DNA of 62,580 nucleotides, filler included, from Bipalium vagum (taxonomy: Eukaryota): NCBI GenBank assembly GCA_037834085.1. It is 3 parts of 3 records of this genome, joined end to end, with 100 filler letters (N's around TTAATTAATTAA, not from the genome) between each part and the next. Parts side by side here need not be neighbours in the genome. Positions count along the whole stretch, not along the records: positions 1 to 20,643 come from JBBMKC010248510.1; 2 more parts are not named here. One strand, given 5' to 3'. The stretch's first letter is position 1. The number at the start of each line of letters is the position of its first letter. A model generated the notes under the pieces. The model did not search any database, was not told where the DNA came from, and saw only the letters and a list, made by a program, of their open reading frames with translations. Shown in pieces: positions 1 through 14,051 of this stretch. A program made the position numbers and the translations under genes.

Positions 1-1174
1 ATCTTATATATTACTTCTGATCATTTTACAGTCTTTAACATATTATTTTACGGTGCACAGGACGAATAATAAATAATTTTTTATTTAATTAAAGGTATTT
101 TAAACTTTTAAAAGATTATTTTATTTATTAATATTATATGTGCCATATAATAGCGTTTTCTTATCAATAATATCAAGGATCGCGAGAGCCACTTTTTTAA
201 AGCCATTTCATTTACAAAGATATTAAAAAAAGAAAATGGAGCTGAGAAAAAAATTTCTTAAAATAAATAATTGAAATGATAAAAATAAATGAAAATAATG
301 AAATGAATATATTCTGCTGGAAGGGGAAAACATAAACTATCGAAAAGTAGGGATCAAATAATTTTCCTTGACTGTTCCATAAGTAATTCACATTATTTCG
401 CAAGCGGAGAGCAGATGAAAGAGAATGATGAGAAATAAATGAAGTGTCAAGTTTCAAAATTAAGAGGACTTTATAAATTTTTCTTCAGTCATTAAAACAA
501 ATCGATCAATCATTAAAATAATTTCCAAGTCAAAAATTGTGAAGTCAATTTAATTTAATGCATTTAATTACTAGCTCAAACAAACAAAATCCAATAATTA
601 ATTGTGTTTTCATTGTTCAAAAATTATATGTAATTTTGAAAATATTGATTAGTAACTCATGAATATTACTTTGGTAAATCACGAAATTTCATATTAATTC
701 AAAATGATGAAAGCAGAAATCAATTAATGATTATTGTTTTATCGAATTATTTTTTAATTTATTTAAAAAAAAATTATATTGTATTTAAAAAGAATTTTAA
801 TTTAACAAATAATATTTTTTTAAAACAATTTCATAATATAATTGTGGGGGAATAAATATTTAAATTAATGAATAAATAATAATCATTCATAAATAATGAA
901 TGAGTGAAGACACGACTTTTTATAATATATACTTTTAATACAATGGTTTTACACTATTTTAACTAAGCAAAAATTTATTTATTAAAAACGAGCCTCTTTC
1001 GAGGTGGATGTACATTTGTATCATCTACCTCTTGTTTTTTGTATTTGGCTTGATTTTCCATCTCCGCTCATCTTCTAATATGCCCTGAAAAATCATTAAA
1101 TGAAAGAAGGTAGCGAGGAGTAAAAAAGAGGAGTAAGTCCGAGAGTCTAATATTAGAAAATATGGATTGCAGAT

Positions 1175-1175
<1 letters not shown>

Positions 1176-1228
<53 letters not shown>
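1176..1228. repeat. (AAT)n microsatellite
   Basis: Perfect AAT run; explains the poly-Ile ORF 1167..1400. Confidence 0.95.
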
Positions 1229-1230
<2 letters not shown>

Positions 1231-1706
1231 CTTCAGAATCTTTAATTTATTTCCAATTTAAATTAATTTCCTTGGAACTAATTATTTTTCGAATGTCATA
1301 TGTAATTATAAATAATATTTTTCTCAAAAAATTATCATTCTTTGTAAAGGCAACTAATGTCACAAAAATCAAGAATAAACAATTTTTCTCCATCAATTGA
1401 TTAATAATTAAAATTTAGTTAAAACAAAAAAACTTGTTTTATTTAAAATAAATATTATATTGTAAACAGAAAAATTCCTTTTCAAAGTTTGTAATCGAAT
1501 TGTAATCGAAAATTAATTTCGTTCTGGTTAATTTTATTATTTATTTTTTTTGTTAAGTGGAAAATTTTGTTTTTTTGTTTATTCATTTTTTTCCAATTTT
1601 TAATTTTTTCCAAAATAAAAAATCCAAAGGTGACAGTTTTATTCTGAGGAATTAAATTTTGATTTAGAGTGGATTAAAAGTTATGTCGTTCCATCTGGGA
1701 TAAATC

Positions 1707-1722
1707 AGAGAGAGAGAGAGAG
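1707..1722. repeat. (AG)n microsatellite
   Basis: AG dinucleotide run. Confidence 0.9.
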
Positions 1723-2063
1723 AAAGAGAAGCAGTTTCCTGCTTCCATCACGCCCGAGCCTGGTCTTCTAAATTGGCATTTCTAATTTCTGACGATTTTT
1801 GGCCAGATGAGCAGGATTGTAATAAAATCTTGAGGTTTAACCGGGAAATTGGTGGGAAACCAAACCTGTTATCCCTTGCTTATTTCACGGACATTTCTTC
1901 AATTAAAGAAATAATATATTAATTATTATTAAATGAGAATAAAATATAAAATTTTCATAAATAATAATAAAATTAAGGTCATGTTTTTGTCTTGACCAAA
2001 ATGACTAACAAATTTATTTTTTGACCAATCGATTATATCAAGTACATTTTTTGACCGATTTTA

Positions 2064-2541
2064 TTGGGTTGTTCCATAATTATGGTTTTGGTTTTTCATT
2101 TTAAATTCTAAAACCTCTATTTTATTGGTTAATATATTTAGTCATTATAGAAAATACAGACAATCAATAGTAAATATATTTGAAAATAATCTATAAATAG
2201 TTAAGATAGACTTATTTTTAGACTTATATTTATCCCGATTGAAAAAATGAACATTTTCCAGATGTTCTTATTTTCCTTATCATTGAAGCCAAAATGCTGC
2301 CGAAGCCACTCGGGAAATTTGCATGGTGTATGAAGATGGTGCCATTGCTGAATCCACTGATAGGAAATGGTATGCAAAATTAAAAAATGACCAAGTGGAT
2401 ATTGGAAATTTGGACCGGATTGGTCGTCATTCTGATTTAGATGAGGAGTGTCTTAATGCACTTTTAGAAGAAGATGGCCTTCAAACATTCCGAGAAATAA
2501 CTGGAATTCTGCACTTCGACATAGCAACAATATATAAATAA
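2064..2541 (+). mobile_element. Decayed mariner (DD34D) 5' part: left TIR plus N-terminal HTH domain
   Basis: TA|TTGGGTTG TIR-like start. Frameshifted NEHF...REICMVYEDGAIAESTDRKWYAKLKN...GRHSDLDEECLNALLEED matches the mariner transposase HTH region. Confidence 0.85.
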
Positions 2542-3299
2542 TCAACTTTTTCATGTTGATAATAATCCAATAAATATTAAATTAAGAAACCACACAGTGA
2601 TGGATGTTCCATCCAACACAATTCTGTTTATATTAGAAAACAGTCTGTTATTAATATAAAAAAATGATCCTAAAATTATCGATCAGAAAATCGAAACAGA
2701 ACAGAATTGATGAACAGTCATAATGAATTTCATTAATTAATCTTAAAATTAAAAATTAAAAAATTGTTTTTCATTTATTAAATTCCTTTTATTATAATTA
2801 TTTTTTCAAGAACCATGTTACCTGTTCTTCTGTTGAAAATAACTCAGGAAAACTGTAATTAAAATTAATTAATGCTCCAGAGAAATTCTAATTTAATTTA
2901 ACCTTATTAATGACCCACTCTATAATTTCTACTATACTTTTATAATGTATACTTCCTCTGTAACAATTTTATAAATGACACTGGGATAATTAATCAAAGT
3001 AACACTTTTTTGACCTAATAAAAATTGTCTTATAGTTTTTGTAAAATAATATGACATATTAATCAAAAAGGTTACCATTTTCTTCATAACGAAGCTCCTT
3101 TTTTTTAGTTAAGATGAAATAATTTTAATAAAAGTGATAATAATAAAAATATTTTATTAATTCCTTTATTGGTTTATTAATATAAATAAATAAAGATTTA
3201 AAAATGTATTTTTATTAAACCAATTAAATTAGACTTACATAAAAAATGAATAATATATAATGTAAAATTATAAATATTGTGTGTCAATCCTCTTCCAGT

Positions 3300-3600
3300 C
3301 ATCTAGATAGAATAATTTTGAGATCTAATAGGACGCACTACCTTTTATAGCACAGTTCCAGTTAAAAATCGGCCATATGAACAACGAATACTAAACTTAA
3401 CCCTTGTCTTATCAAGAAAAATTATTTTGTCATTATTTAAAACCCTGAAGTTCGAAGTCATTTTTTTTTAAACATTATTATTATTTCTAGCTTCTGGAAT
3501 TAGAGTTACCTTTTTGAATGAATATGAAAATCCTGCAATCGCCCTATAAATGGTTGATTTTGAAGTATTGATGTTTAATTGAAGATCGATATTTAAAATT
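3300..3600 (-). mobile_element. Decayed IS630-like/Tc1-superfamily transposase fragment
   Basis: Minus strand reads SKSTIYRAIAGFSYSFKKVTLIPEARN...NDKIIFLDKTRVKFSIRCSYGR...IRSQNYSI, matching the IS630-like pattern (IFxDEtGF...YGRS) around the first catalytic Asp. Confidence 0.7.
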
Positions 3601-3694
3601 TATTAAACATTCTGAAAAACTGTGAATAGGAATAAAAAAGTAATATTAACTCCATTTTTAATTAATTTAATATATACCATAATACATTTATTAC

Positions 3695-3995
3695 ATTTCT
3701 GGGTTTCATCAGAGACAGAGCCTTGATATTTTTCAAAGCGATCTGCATTTTTTGGAAATTTGATCTGGCTAACCCATGATTTTGTACACTTTGGATTTTC
3801 AAAATAAAATAAATTTTCATCTTCAGTCAAAATTCGATGTAAGAAAGACTTTTTTCGTACCATTGTAACAACATCTTAATGATTTTCAGTTTTCCAATAT
3901 TATTAGTCCAACTGATACAGTACCAGTTTTGTTTTATATAAAGTTTTATCCGTATCATTTAATTGAGCACATATCTTCTGCTGAGTAATCCCTAA
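3695..3995 (-). mobile_element. Decayed mariner fragment (Mos1/mauritiana-like)
   Basis: RKKSFLHRILTEDENLFYFENPKCTKSWV resembles Mos1 KRKSFLHRIVTGDEKWIFFVNPKRKKSYV. Confidence 0.85.
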
Positions 3996-4269
3996 TTTTA
4001 AGAAAAGTTAAATTTAAGATTGATTTAAAAATGAACCATTTATTCAAAAAAATCATTTATAGTACAAACTAAACATTATTTATCTATCACACTTAAATCA
4101 TCATTTCTGAACTAACGCTCTTATATATATATATATATAAAAATTCATAAAATTCAAAAATTGTCCAACGGCTTTCTACAGCATTTCTGTTCATCATAAT
4201 GAATAAGACCCTCTAGCAAATTATTTTTACCCAGGATATATGGCTAATATATCTAGATATAAAATTGTT

Positions 4270-4880
4270 GGTCGCGTTTTACTATTTGGTACATTTTTGA
4301 AAAATACACAATTACAAAATCATTATATAATTTTAAAATTGCAAAATGGTCAATTAAAATTATTTGGTACAATTTTAAAAATTTTGAACCCAAAAATTAT
4401 TCTAAAAAAACTTATGTATATTTTAATAATTAACGACAAAACATAACATAAAATAATTTCTAACTAATAACATAAAATACTTTAATAATTGACAACATAA
4501 AATAATTTTATTTTATTATATATTTTTCTCGTATCAATCGCAAAAGCTCTTCGAAGTGATCAATAACATTTAGATGCCATTCGCGCCTAGCCAAATATTT
4601 GCACAGAGTTGTTTTGAAGGAATCTTCATTTGGCTGTCGCTTTCTAAACCAATTCTTCTTTGTCCACCACATTGATTCAATTCGGTTTTTGTGGATTCCT
4701 TCAGCATCTAAAAAATGAAAACTATTAATGAAAAAAATAACTTTTAAACGGATGCTTCTTGTCACTATGATTAAACTTCATATGTTTGTATCCAAACTGA
4801 GGAAGGCAATCATAAATTTTCCAATAATCACTGTGAATAATTGAACCACGAGCCACGTGTTCAATTATATTAGGGATCGT
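4270..4880 (-). mobile_element. Decayed Merlin (IS1016/IS1595-like) transposon, C-terminal DDE region
   Basis: IIEHVARGSIIHSDYWKIYDCL...YKHMKFNHS...FLDAEGIHKNRIESMW matches the Merlin motifs (GSIIxSDxWxxY; HxTVNHS; GxHTNxIExxW). GG-starting TIR candidate at about 4270 is uncertain. Confidence 0.85.
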
Positions 4881-7074
4881 TTTTATCAATATTAAAACGC
4901 AACCAAATTTTTAATATATTAATATATATATTAATAACTCATGAAAATTTGAATAAATATTCCAGTAATTAGCGGTTATTTATCAAAATGCATTAGATTA
5001 GGATTCAAAATTATATTATGTCAGTGAATCGATTTAAACCAATTCGCATTATTTATTCAATAAACCATTTTATATATTATCTTTTCTGGCAGTTTTATCA
5101 AATTTTTACATTTAAGTTTTTAATATTTCCTAATAACATTGGTTTATTAAACAAATTTTTCCAAATATTAAATGAAATTATTCACATTTAATAAAATATT
5201 TAAAATTACAAAAAAATGTTGAAAAAACAAAACAAGAAAAGTAAATGAAAATAGAAATTTTTTTAAAATTTTAAATTAAATTTTTTCGATGTACATTGTA
5301 ATCATCGTGTTCCAGTAAAAACATTATATTTCATCTTATTACTATTTGATTAAATTATATATATTTTTCATATTTTTTTATACAACACATTCTGTAATTA
5401 AAAAGCAAAAAAGAAATAAAATCCTCTGCAAATGATTTTTTCAGAAAATTTAATTAATTTTACCACAGAATATTTTCTCGTAAAACAGATTTTTAACCTT
5501 GACAAAAACATTTGAAAATTTTTTTTCGATTATTTTTTTTAATATTTATTTATATTTTCTATGGAAAATCTCGGGGAAATGGAATTTATTTTTCCACGAA
5601 AATATTGCTTTCAAGTTTCATTTCAGAAGTAATCGTTTTTGAATAGAGCCATAAATTTATTATGGAATCCACTGTGACAGTTAATTCTGTTACAGAGTTT
5701 TTTGCTGCTTCCACAGAATTTGGGAAAAATTCCACCAAAATATTTTTGCTGAATTCCTTATCTCTCTTTTTGATATATTTTCTCTTGCGGCACCGAAATT
5801 TCCTCATTTTCCGCTGTTTAATTCATTTATAGTTTCATAAAAGACTGGTGATTATTTATTAGAAATTCATGTATAAAAACACTATTGATTTTCTAATTAT
5901 TTTTTTCCTAATAATCCTCGTTCGGTGCTTTGGGGAATTTTAGCGAGATGGAATTATTTGTAGAAAAAATAAATAATAATAAAATTGTGTCCTAAGTAGC
6001 CCCTATTCCAGGAAATGACGTTAGATTAAAAATTGTGATTATGGATATTATTTATTATTTTTATAAAAATGACAGTATTATCTTTCAAATTAAAAAAATC
6101 GTTAATATAGGTCTTCAACGGAAAAAATATTCCTTAAAAGAAATTTCATGAGAAAGTAAAAATAAAGTATTAAAGAATGACTTTGTTAAAATAAAGAAAA
6201 AAAATAATTAATTTTTTGTTTAAACGAATGCTTTGAAATGAAAATGTGTTCTTTTGATATCTAAATAGAAATCAAAATTTTTATTTATTTGTTTTTTGGT
6301 TTAAATAATGGTAAAAACATCTACAGTGACTAAACTTTTTTGTGGAGATAATATTTTTTCAATAAGAAATTAAGAGGTAGCGGATCTTAATTATTCCAAA
6401 GGACGAAAAGATGAATTTAGCCTGTCTTTAACTTGATTCAATGCTATTGGTTAAAGTTTAAACGAATATACCTATTGTCATTCAAGCAAAAGTAAGACAA
6501 CAAGTAGTCAGGTATAAGTGCTGTTCCAGATGTAATCCATTCCATTGTTAATACTAATAATAACTTTTTGTTTATAATCATAAATTATTTAAACCTAATC
6601 ATTTTCTTTTGAAAGGAACAAGGAAGATGAAAATGAAGAGGATTTGTAAAACATAGTTTGTTAAAATGTTTAAAAAATTTCTTGTTCTAGTTTATTCATT
6701 ACCATTATTTGTGCATTATAATTCCAAAGGGCGTAGCCAATCAGGAATATCTCTTATCCGTGTCTTTTTTTGTTCTGATGTCATGACGACTTAACCTTAT
6801 TAATTGATGTTTGTGACATCCTTAGTTTCAAGATCAAAATACAAAATTTCTTTATGTTTCCATGCTACAAAACTTAATTTCTACTTCGGGTGTAATTTGT
6901 CAACCGGCCTGAATTAAGTTGTGACCTTTCTCATTTCTGCTTTAAAAAATTCTGTTTTTCAACTTCAACAGTTATGCGATGAACAAATGACTTTCTTTAA
7001 CTCTTCTCGAATTAAAACTTAATAATGGGTATTTTTAAATTTTGAAACAAGGGTGGCACATTTCTTCAATTAAA

Positions 7075-7885
7075 GGGGGTATTCAATAAGTTTCTGAGTC
7101 TATTTATGTACTTCACAATACTTTTTTTAAATTGAACATGAAAGGGGTGGTCTCTAGGAAATTTTTTGTCATATAAAATAATGTATAAACTTTTTATCTG
7201 GAAATGAAACATAAATATAAACAAAAATGTTGATGATTCTCATGCTTCTCTACATAATTGATATTTTTCTCTAAAAATTGACAATGAAAGATTTGGCATA
7301 ATGTGCGCTTGCCATATTTGGTCAAAAGAGATAATGGCCATCAGAATGTTATACTGAAATGAAAAGATTGATTTGCTTCTTGTTTAAATTATGTAAATAA
7401 ACCTCCTAATTAACGAAAGGTGCGCCTTAGAAACGTTGATTGAAAAAGCACTAATGGACCAGTACTTTTGATTCATTTTCGCAACCGTTTTTTATTTGAC
7501 ATTATCAAGCATTGAAAATTAATATAAGGTATTTGTAAGTGCATTACAATTTTTTTTGAGATTAGATTTTTCTCATTGGTGTCTTTGTCATGTCTTTTCT
7601 TGATTGAGGAATTTCGATTTAAAATTTAGTATTTAGAATTTGCAGGTTTCATCAGAAATACCTTCTAATCTAGGAGAAGTATGAAATCATGGCACTCAGG
7701 ATGAGAAGAAAGGTCAATCTTTCAGTGTTTTCTCTGATCATATAAATGGTTTGGACATGTTAATTCCTTTAAACAGAGCAGTCATCAATTATTCTGTGTA
7801 TAGCTTAGTTTTCAGCATATTTTTAGGAAAAAGAAACGGGCTTATTTCTAAGAAATGGTAAATTTTATTTTAATCACAATAATTT
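7075..7885 (+). mobile_element. Highly decayed mariner (irritans-like)
   Basis: GGGGGTATTCAATAAGT TIR-like start; remnants such as KVNLSVFSD...KRNGLISKK resemble KVMASVFWD...KRPGL..K. Confidence 0.55.
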
Positions 7886-7889
7886 CTAT

Positions 7890-9069
7890 CGTTAGCCATG
7901 GCATTTGACCACTTTTCTTCCATCGAAAAAAAAATTTCGGCTTTTGATTTGATTCATTCTTTGAGCCATTTTTTTGATTTTTTGGTGGTTTCTGAAAGCT
8001 GGTTTTTGAACTACACTTGGTATGGATCGGAATAAATAGGCGACTATCTTATTTCCATTTGAATTTTCCAATTAAATGCTTTCAATATATTTTTTACTTG
8101 TTTTGAGACATGTGATTGAGCAGCTGTACAACAAAATTATTTTACGATATGTGCTAGCTAGAATCAAAGGTTTTCAGTCAATGAACGTTCAAATCAATTA
8201 ATTATTGTTCACCCATAATAGTTTTCTTCGATTTTAGAAATCATAGTTTACCACTCCTTTGAGATCCCATCAAATGCACAACATAACCTTTCTTCCATGA
8301 ATGTTTCTTTTTGCTCATGATGTGGATGGGTCGCCTGGATAATCAAATATTTTTTGCGTTTAGAGATAAATCTATTTTTTATCAAGGGCATGCATCGAAA
8401 AAATATTTTTGATGTTTTGTCACAAAAGAGCTGCTAACCATTAAACGATTTTCAATGTTGGCTTTCGTTGGTTGAAGTGGTACCCAATTTCTTCATTTAT
8501 TATAATCTTCATAGCACACAGACGCTTTTTTGTGACTGCTTCAGTGACATCCAACTGTTTTGCAAGTTCTTTTTGTGCTTGAAGTGAATTTTCCGTTAAT
8601 AATGCTTTGAATTCTTAATTTTGACATTTATTTTTGACCAGAATGTTTTTAACACTAACATCAAAACCACCACTTCTAAATTGTTTAAACCAATTTTCGC
8701 AAGTCTGTTGCATTGGTGGATGTTTACTACAACTTTTATAAAGGCAAATGAAAACTTTCGACGGCCTTTTCAATTTGAATAAAACAACATAGAAATACTG
8801 CTTTGTTATTATAAACTTTGACATGTTAAAAAAGTAAACAAATAATTTTCACGAATATTGATATATTAAATGATAATATAGAATGTCAATAATTTTAAAA
8901 GATGTCATTAGCATTCAAAAAGAATGTTTACCTCTTAGAAAAAAAACAAAGTTATACACCTAATACTATGTCAAATAACCTTTGGTTTTCGTCGATAAAA
9001 TCCGATTTTCATCCGATTTCCAAGCCAACTATTATTCTTGAGAAATCAGGTGAATTATTTTCACTCTGT
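7890..9069 (-). mobile_element. Decayed near full-length mariner (mauritiana-like)
   Basis: MSKF...TCENWFKQFRSGGFDV, KALLTENSLQAQKELAKQLDVT, WVP region and C-terminal KKWLKE..KSK..FF remnants, with multiple frameshifts. Confidence 0.85.
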
Positions 9070-10941
9070 TTTTTTCTTTTCTAAAGTTAAGGCATTTACA
9101 AAGACATTTCTGACTAATATTTCTAAATATAAAATAAATAAATAACAAGAAAAAATTACGTACTATTACTATTTTTATCAACTAATATAAACCGTAATAC
9201 AAACTTTAGGATTACACTTTGAGTGTTTTGATGTACCCAGGGCTCATTTTTTGTGGAATGTAATAGATAATCTATTGTATTAATAATTAATTTATTCCTG
9301 AAATTTTTGTGCATATTTTCTAAATAACTAAATAAAAAATATTTTGTCTATAAATTTTTAGTTTACTTTCCTTTACCTTTGATGAAATAAAGTATTATAA
9401 TTAATTAAAAATATTTTAAAAATAAATAACAATATTTTTAAAGAATTATTTTCTAAAATAATATAAAATTAGTAATGTATTTTTCAAATAAACGCATTTT
9501 ATCAAAGTAAAACAAAATCTATTCAAATATTTATTTTCTTGCAACATGTTTCGAACTTTTCACTTCTTCATGAGCCAAGAAAGTGCTTTTAATATTTACA
9601 ATTTAACTTAATAAGCAAATGTAATTATAAATTTAAAATTATTTTTCTTAATTATTATTGGACAAAATTATCTTTTTAATTAATCACAGTAAACATTAAT
9701 TATCTATTGATTTTTACCCTGTCTGTAAGACAAATTCAGTATAATTATGGGAAATTTTGATAATATTGATACACGAAAGATCTGCAAATCATTATTAATC
9801 AAAGAAATGCAAGCAAATAATAACATCTAAACGGGATAGGTAATGCTGGAAAGTCAATTTTTTTATATATTTATTAGAACTTAAATTAAATATTATTTTA
9901 CATTAGTTCATTTACTTACAGAATATTTACTTGCTTTTAAAATTATATATATAAATCGATTAATTAAATGTTTTCAACTATATAATAGACTGCTTTGAAA
10001 CAGTTAAACAAAAAAAATCACTTATGACTAACCTTTTATTTATTTCAATTAATTACAAAAATATATTCAGAATATTAAAAATCTAATTAATTTAAATGCC
10101 TAAACTTTTCTAAACTCAAATTTTTTTGGTAATACCTGTTTTTATAAATTAAATTTAATATTATAACAAATATTTTTTATTTTAAAATTCTCGCGTAATT
10201 ATTTCTTTAATTAATATTTTTTATTTTATCGTACTTATAAAAGAATTAAAATTAAAAAAATTATTGAAAATATTTCTGTAAATTTTGACAATAAATATAA
10301 TTTTTATATTTATATAAGAAAAATAATTAAATTATTATCAATTGAATTAAACACTTTCTTTCAGAATATTCATAAGTCACATAATCGCAATTTTAATTCG
10401 ATTTTTATTTGATAATTATATTAAAAAAATATTAGCCAAATAAGAAAAAAATAATCTTAATAATATTTAATAATATTTAAGTCTTTGAAATTAAATTTTA
10501 CTGTCTTTGGGCAATTTTCTAAATGATTTCAAAGGAAATTAAATTGAAATGTCTTGTTTCAAATTTAATAAATATTTTTATGTAACATAAATATTTAAAA
10601 TTTTACCTAAATTATTTTAAAGGGTGAAAAAAAATTGAATTAAAATTGAATTTTTTGGAAATTATCTGGAAATATTTTCAATTTCCGTTTAAGACATGAC
10701 TCAAGAATACTTAAGCAGTTAGTCAAGAAATGAATTTTAATTATTTTATCATTTAAATAAAGTAGCTAAATTAATTTTTTAATTTATTAAAATTTCACAA
10801 TAATATTAATCTTAAATCTCATAAAAAGAGATCGTAAATAAAACATTAAAAATCTCGTAAAGTCTAATTTCAATAAAGTCTAATTAAAATTAATTAAATT
10901 AAACAGACTTTAAAGTCTGTTAGGTTAAAGTCTAACCTTTA

Positions 10942-11970
10942 TTAGGTAACAAAAAAAGTTCTAGGAAAAATTAAAAATAAATAATTTTTAAGTAAAATTT
11001 CTAATAATAATTATATTGTATTTTTATTCGCATTATTTATCGAAGGTTAATCGAATTTTCGATTTTTGATAAATTTAAATTTATTATAAATAATATTTTT
11101 TAATATAATCTTTTAGATTTATTTTTTTTTGTAGATGAAAAGTTTGCAAATTAAAACAATAATGTTCTATGAGTGGAAAAGAGATTTCTCTGCTCAAGAA
11201 TGCTTGAAAATTATATGAAATCATCTTTAGGCGATGGGTTTGTATGCAAGTCGAATGTTTATAAGATTTTTTAGAAAATTCAAAGATGGAAACTTCAGTT
11301 TAGAAGATGAGACACTTCTTGGTCGTCCAAAAGTAATGGATGATGTAGTTTTATTTGGAACAATTCAAGCAAATCCGACAATTAGAATCGATGAATTATC
11401 GAACTTATTCAGCAAAACATGTATAACGATTAGAAATTATGTGCATGATCCTGGTTATTGCTCAGTGTAGATTAAGTGGGTACCATTTACGCTTAGTGAG
11501 GTAAAGAAAGAAAATAGAGTGAATGTTTGTAAAGAACTACTTGATATGTACCAAAAGAAGATTTTTTTCCCCAGGATGGTAACTGTTGATGAGAAAAGAG
11601 TGTATTATGAAAACGTATCTAGACGCAGATCATGAAAAAACCTGTTGCAGTAGCTGAACGTGATTTGACTCATATGAAGGTATTGATGTGCATTTTGGGT
11701 ATATTAGAGGAGTTTTGTATAAAGAATTTCTGTAAAATGGACAAACAATTACTTCAAAAGTATATATTTAACAAATAGATAAAGTCAATTCGGTAATCAA
11801 AAAGACTTGGCCATCACATCTAATTAGAAAAGGATTAATCTTGAAGGCAGTTTTGAAATATGCCTCTTATTCTCCGGATAAAGCCTTTTCAGATTATTAC
11901 ATATTCAGATATTTGCAGAAAAGTTTATCTGGAACTAAATTCAAATCGAGTGGTGAAACAATTCCACAAG
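10942..11970 (+). mobile_element. Decayed mariner (DD34D) with internal deletion
   Basis: TA|TTAGG TIR-like start; ATG at 11135; KFKDGNFSLED..GRP, WVPFTL, MVTVDEK and YSPDKAFSDYYIFR motifs; the segment with the second catalytic Asp is missing. Confidence 0.9.
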
Positions 11971-12149
11971 TTCAATCATTTGTATCGTTTTGTATGATTT
12001 ATAAAAGGACATATTTAAACAATTGAAAACTGTACAGAAATGCAACCATAATTACGGATTTTTGCACAAGCTGGACAGCTAAGCAAAATCTTTTGTTCAA
12101 CTCTGTTGTGCCGTTTTTTAAATGGAAAATTATGAATTCAAAAAATTAA

Positions 12150-12850
12150 CAATGAAGATCCAAGAAGATCAAAAGCAAAACGATAAAACATTCTGGAATG
12201 CTAAAACGGTTCGAAATGTTATTTATAAAGGTCATAGATACCGTATAAGAAGAGACCATTTTATAACGCAGCACACAAAGGAAAAGCGTTTAAAAAGGTA
12301 ATCAACAAAAGAAGATTAATACTGTGCACCTGTTAGTGGATGCTGTAAACGATGAAGGTGATATATGCCTCCACATTTTTCCAAAGAGGTTTGTGATTCA
12401 ACACTGATGCTTATTTGAATGATTTGAAATATATGTTCGTTTCGTTGATGAAGTAAGTGACAAATTTACGTTTCTTTCAATAAGAGAATGCTGTAGCACA
12501 AAACTCTAAAAATTGCAATAATCCTACTAAAATCTGACCACTCAGTTTACTAGTAGCAAATCTTTTGGACTATCATGGGTGGAGTGTTTGTTAAGGAGAA
12601 TTAAACAAACACCCCGTCAATATAAGCGCTCTACAAGTTAAGATTAAAAATGTTATGGTGTTAATAGATAAAATATTTCTTATTAAAGCATGTTCAAGAT
12701 TTCGAAGTCGAGTTAAGCCTATCATTAGTTGAGATTTTTTAAACCATTCAAAAGAAAATATCTGCCTTTATATTTTAAATATACAATACTTCTGAACGAT
12801 GTTGTATTATTTATTAACATTTTTCCAGTTTATCGGTCTAACTCACGCAA
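12150..12850 (+). mobile_element. Decayed maT (DD37D) transposase C-terminal region
   Basis: Remnants VNDEGD(I/V)..PH.F, NTDAYL, NLLDYHGWSV and LIKACSRFRSRVK match maT/DD37D transposases. Confidence 0.7.
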
Positions 12851-13745
12851 ATATTATCGAATCTGTTTTAAACTTATAACCGTCTATTGACATTATTTGT
12901 AGGGCTTTCTTAAAATATGTATTAGCCATTTTAATTTCTCAGTTTTGTTCATTTTTTAGTTTTTAGGAGGACAGATAAGAAAAATATTATTTATCAGTTA
13001 AAAGAAGCACATAGAAATAAAGCTCCATGCAAAGATGCTATTTATAAATGGACCAAATATTTTTAATCACGTAGAAACCATGTGTTTGATGAAAATAAAG
13101 TAGACTACCAAAAGTAATTGACGAGGAGAAATTCGAAAAAATAAAATTATTGTGAGAGAAGAGACACCACCCAAAAAGGTTTTATTGATCAACAGATAAA
13201 CCAAAAAAAGATTACGACTGAAATATATATCGTTTAAGGAGACCATTTTTTAAAGAATTTTCAAAATATGTTTTAATTAATTTCTCTATTTATTTTTTTG
13301 TCCAACATCTTTTTATATATTGCTTTTGAAGTCTTTTATTAAAAGTCGTATGACAGATTTCAAAAGTTTTTAAAAGAACCCTTAAATATAGGTTTTATGT
13401 TTTTATAATGCGCTTTGAAAATAAAAATATTCAAAATATAACTAAGTTTTTTTTATTTATCTTAGTTTAAAAATATAATTGTTTCAAAGTATCGACGACC
13501 GTCTCATTAATTTAACATAAATCTCCAGAGATTTCGATTCTTAATTACACTATACATTTAAATATTATTTTTTTCTTAAATGAAATAAATGACAAATAAA
13601 ATATTATTTATATTATTATTTCTTAGAATAAAGTAACGGCTTATTAAAAAATCAATTCAAATTAACTCAGCTAAAATAAATACGTATTACAATGTAATTA
13701 TTTATTCTTCCTGATAATATTGATTTTGTTATGACGAGTCATTAC

Positions 13746-14051
13746 TAGGGCCCCCAAAAAATTGACGTAAAAATCATTGAAATAGACCTAATTTTTTGAC
13801 CTATTAATTATTATAAATTGACCTATAAACTGTAAAATTTTGACTTTATTGCCCTTATAAATTATAATTCAAATAAATCAAAAGAAAATTAAATATGAAC
13901 AGTATTTATTTATTCACTACTCATATTACATGATCCATAACAATTTTTTGAAATATTGTGACTTTTAATTGACTGTTTAACTTTAAGTTATTATTTTGAC
14001 TTTATTTTGACGGTCAATTTTTTTTGACTTTATTGACTTTTGGGGGTCCTA
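13746..14051. mobile_element. Non-autonomous hAT-type MITE (306 bp) with TIRs and TSD
   Basis: TIRs TAGGGCCCCCAAAA / TTTTGGGGGTCCTA; perfect 8-bp duplication GTCATTAC at 13738-13745 and 14052-14059; multiple subterminal TTGAC motifs. Confidence 0.88.

Noticed and set aside
1167-1400. Poly-Ile ORF
   Set aside because: Translation of an (AAT)n microsatellite.
6380-6430. Weak resemblance to a SINE central domain
   Set aside because: Too degenerate, and no Pol III A/B boxes could be identified.
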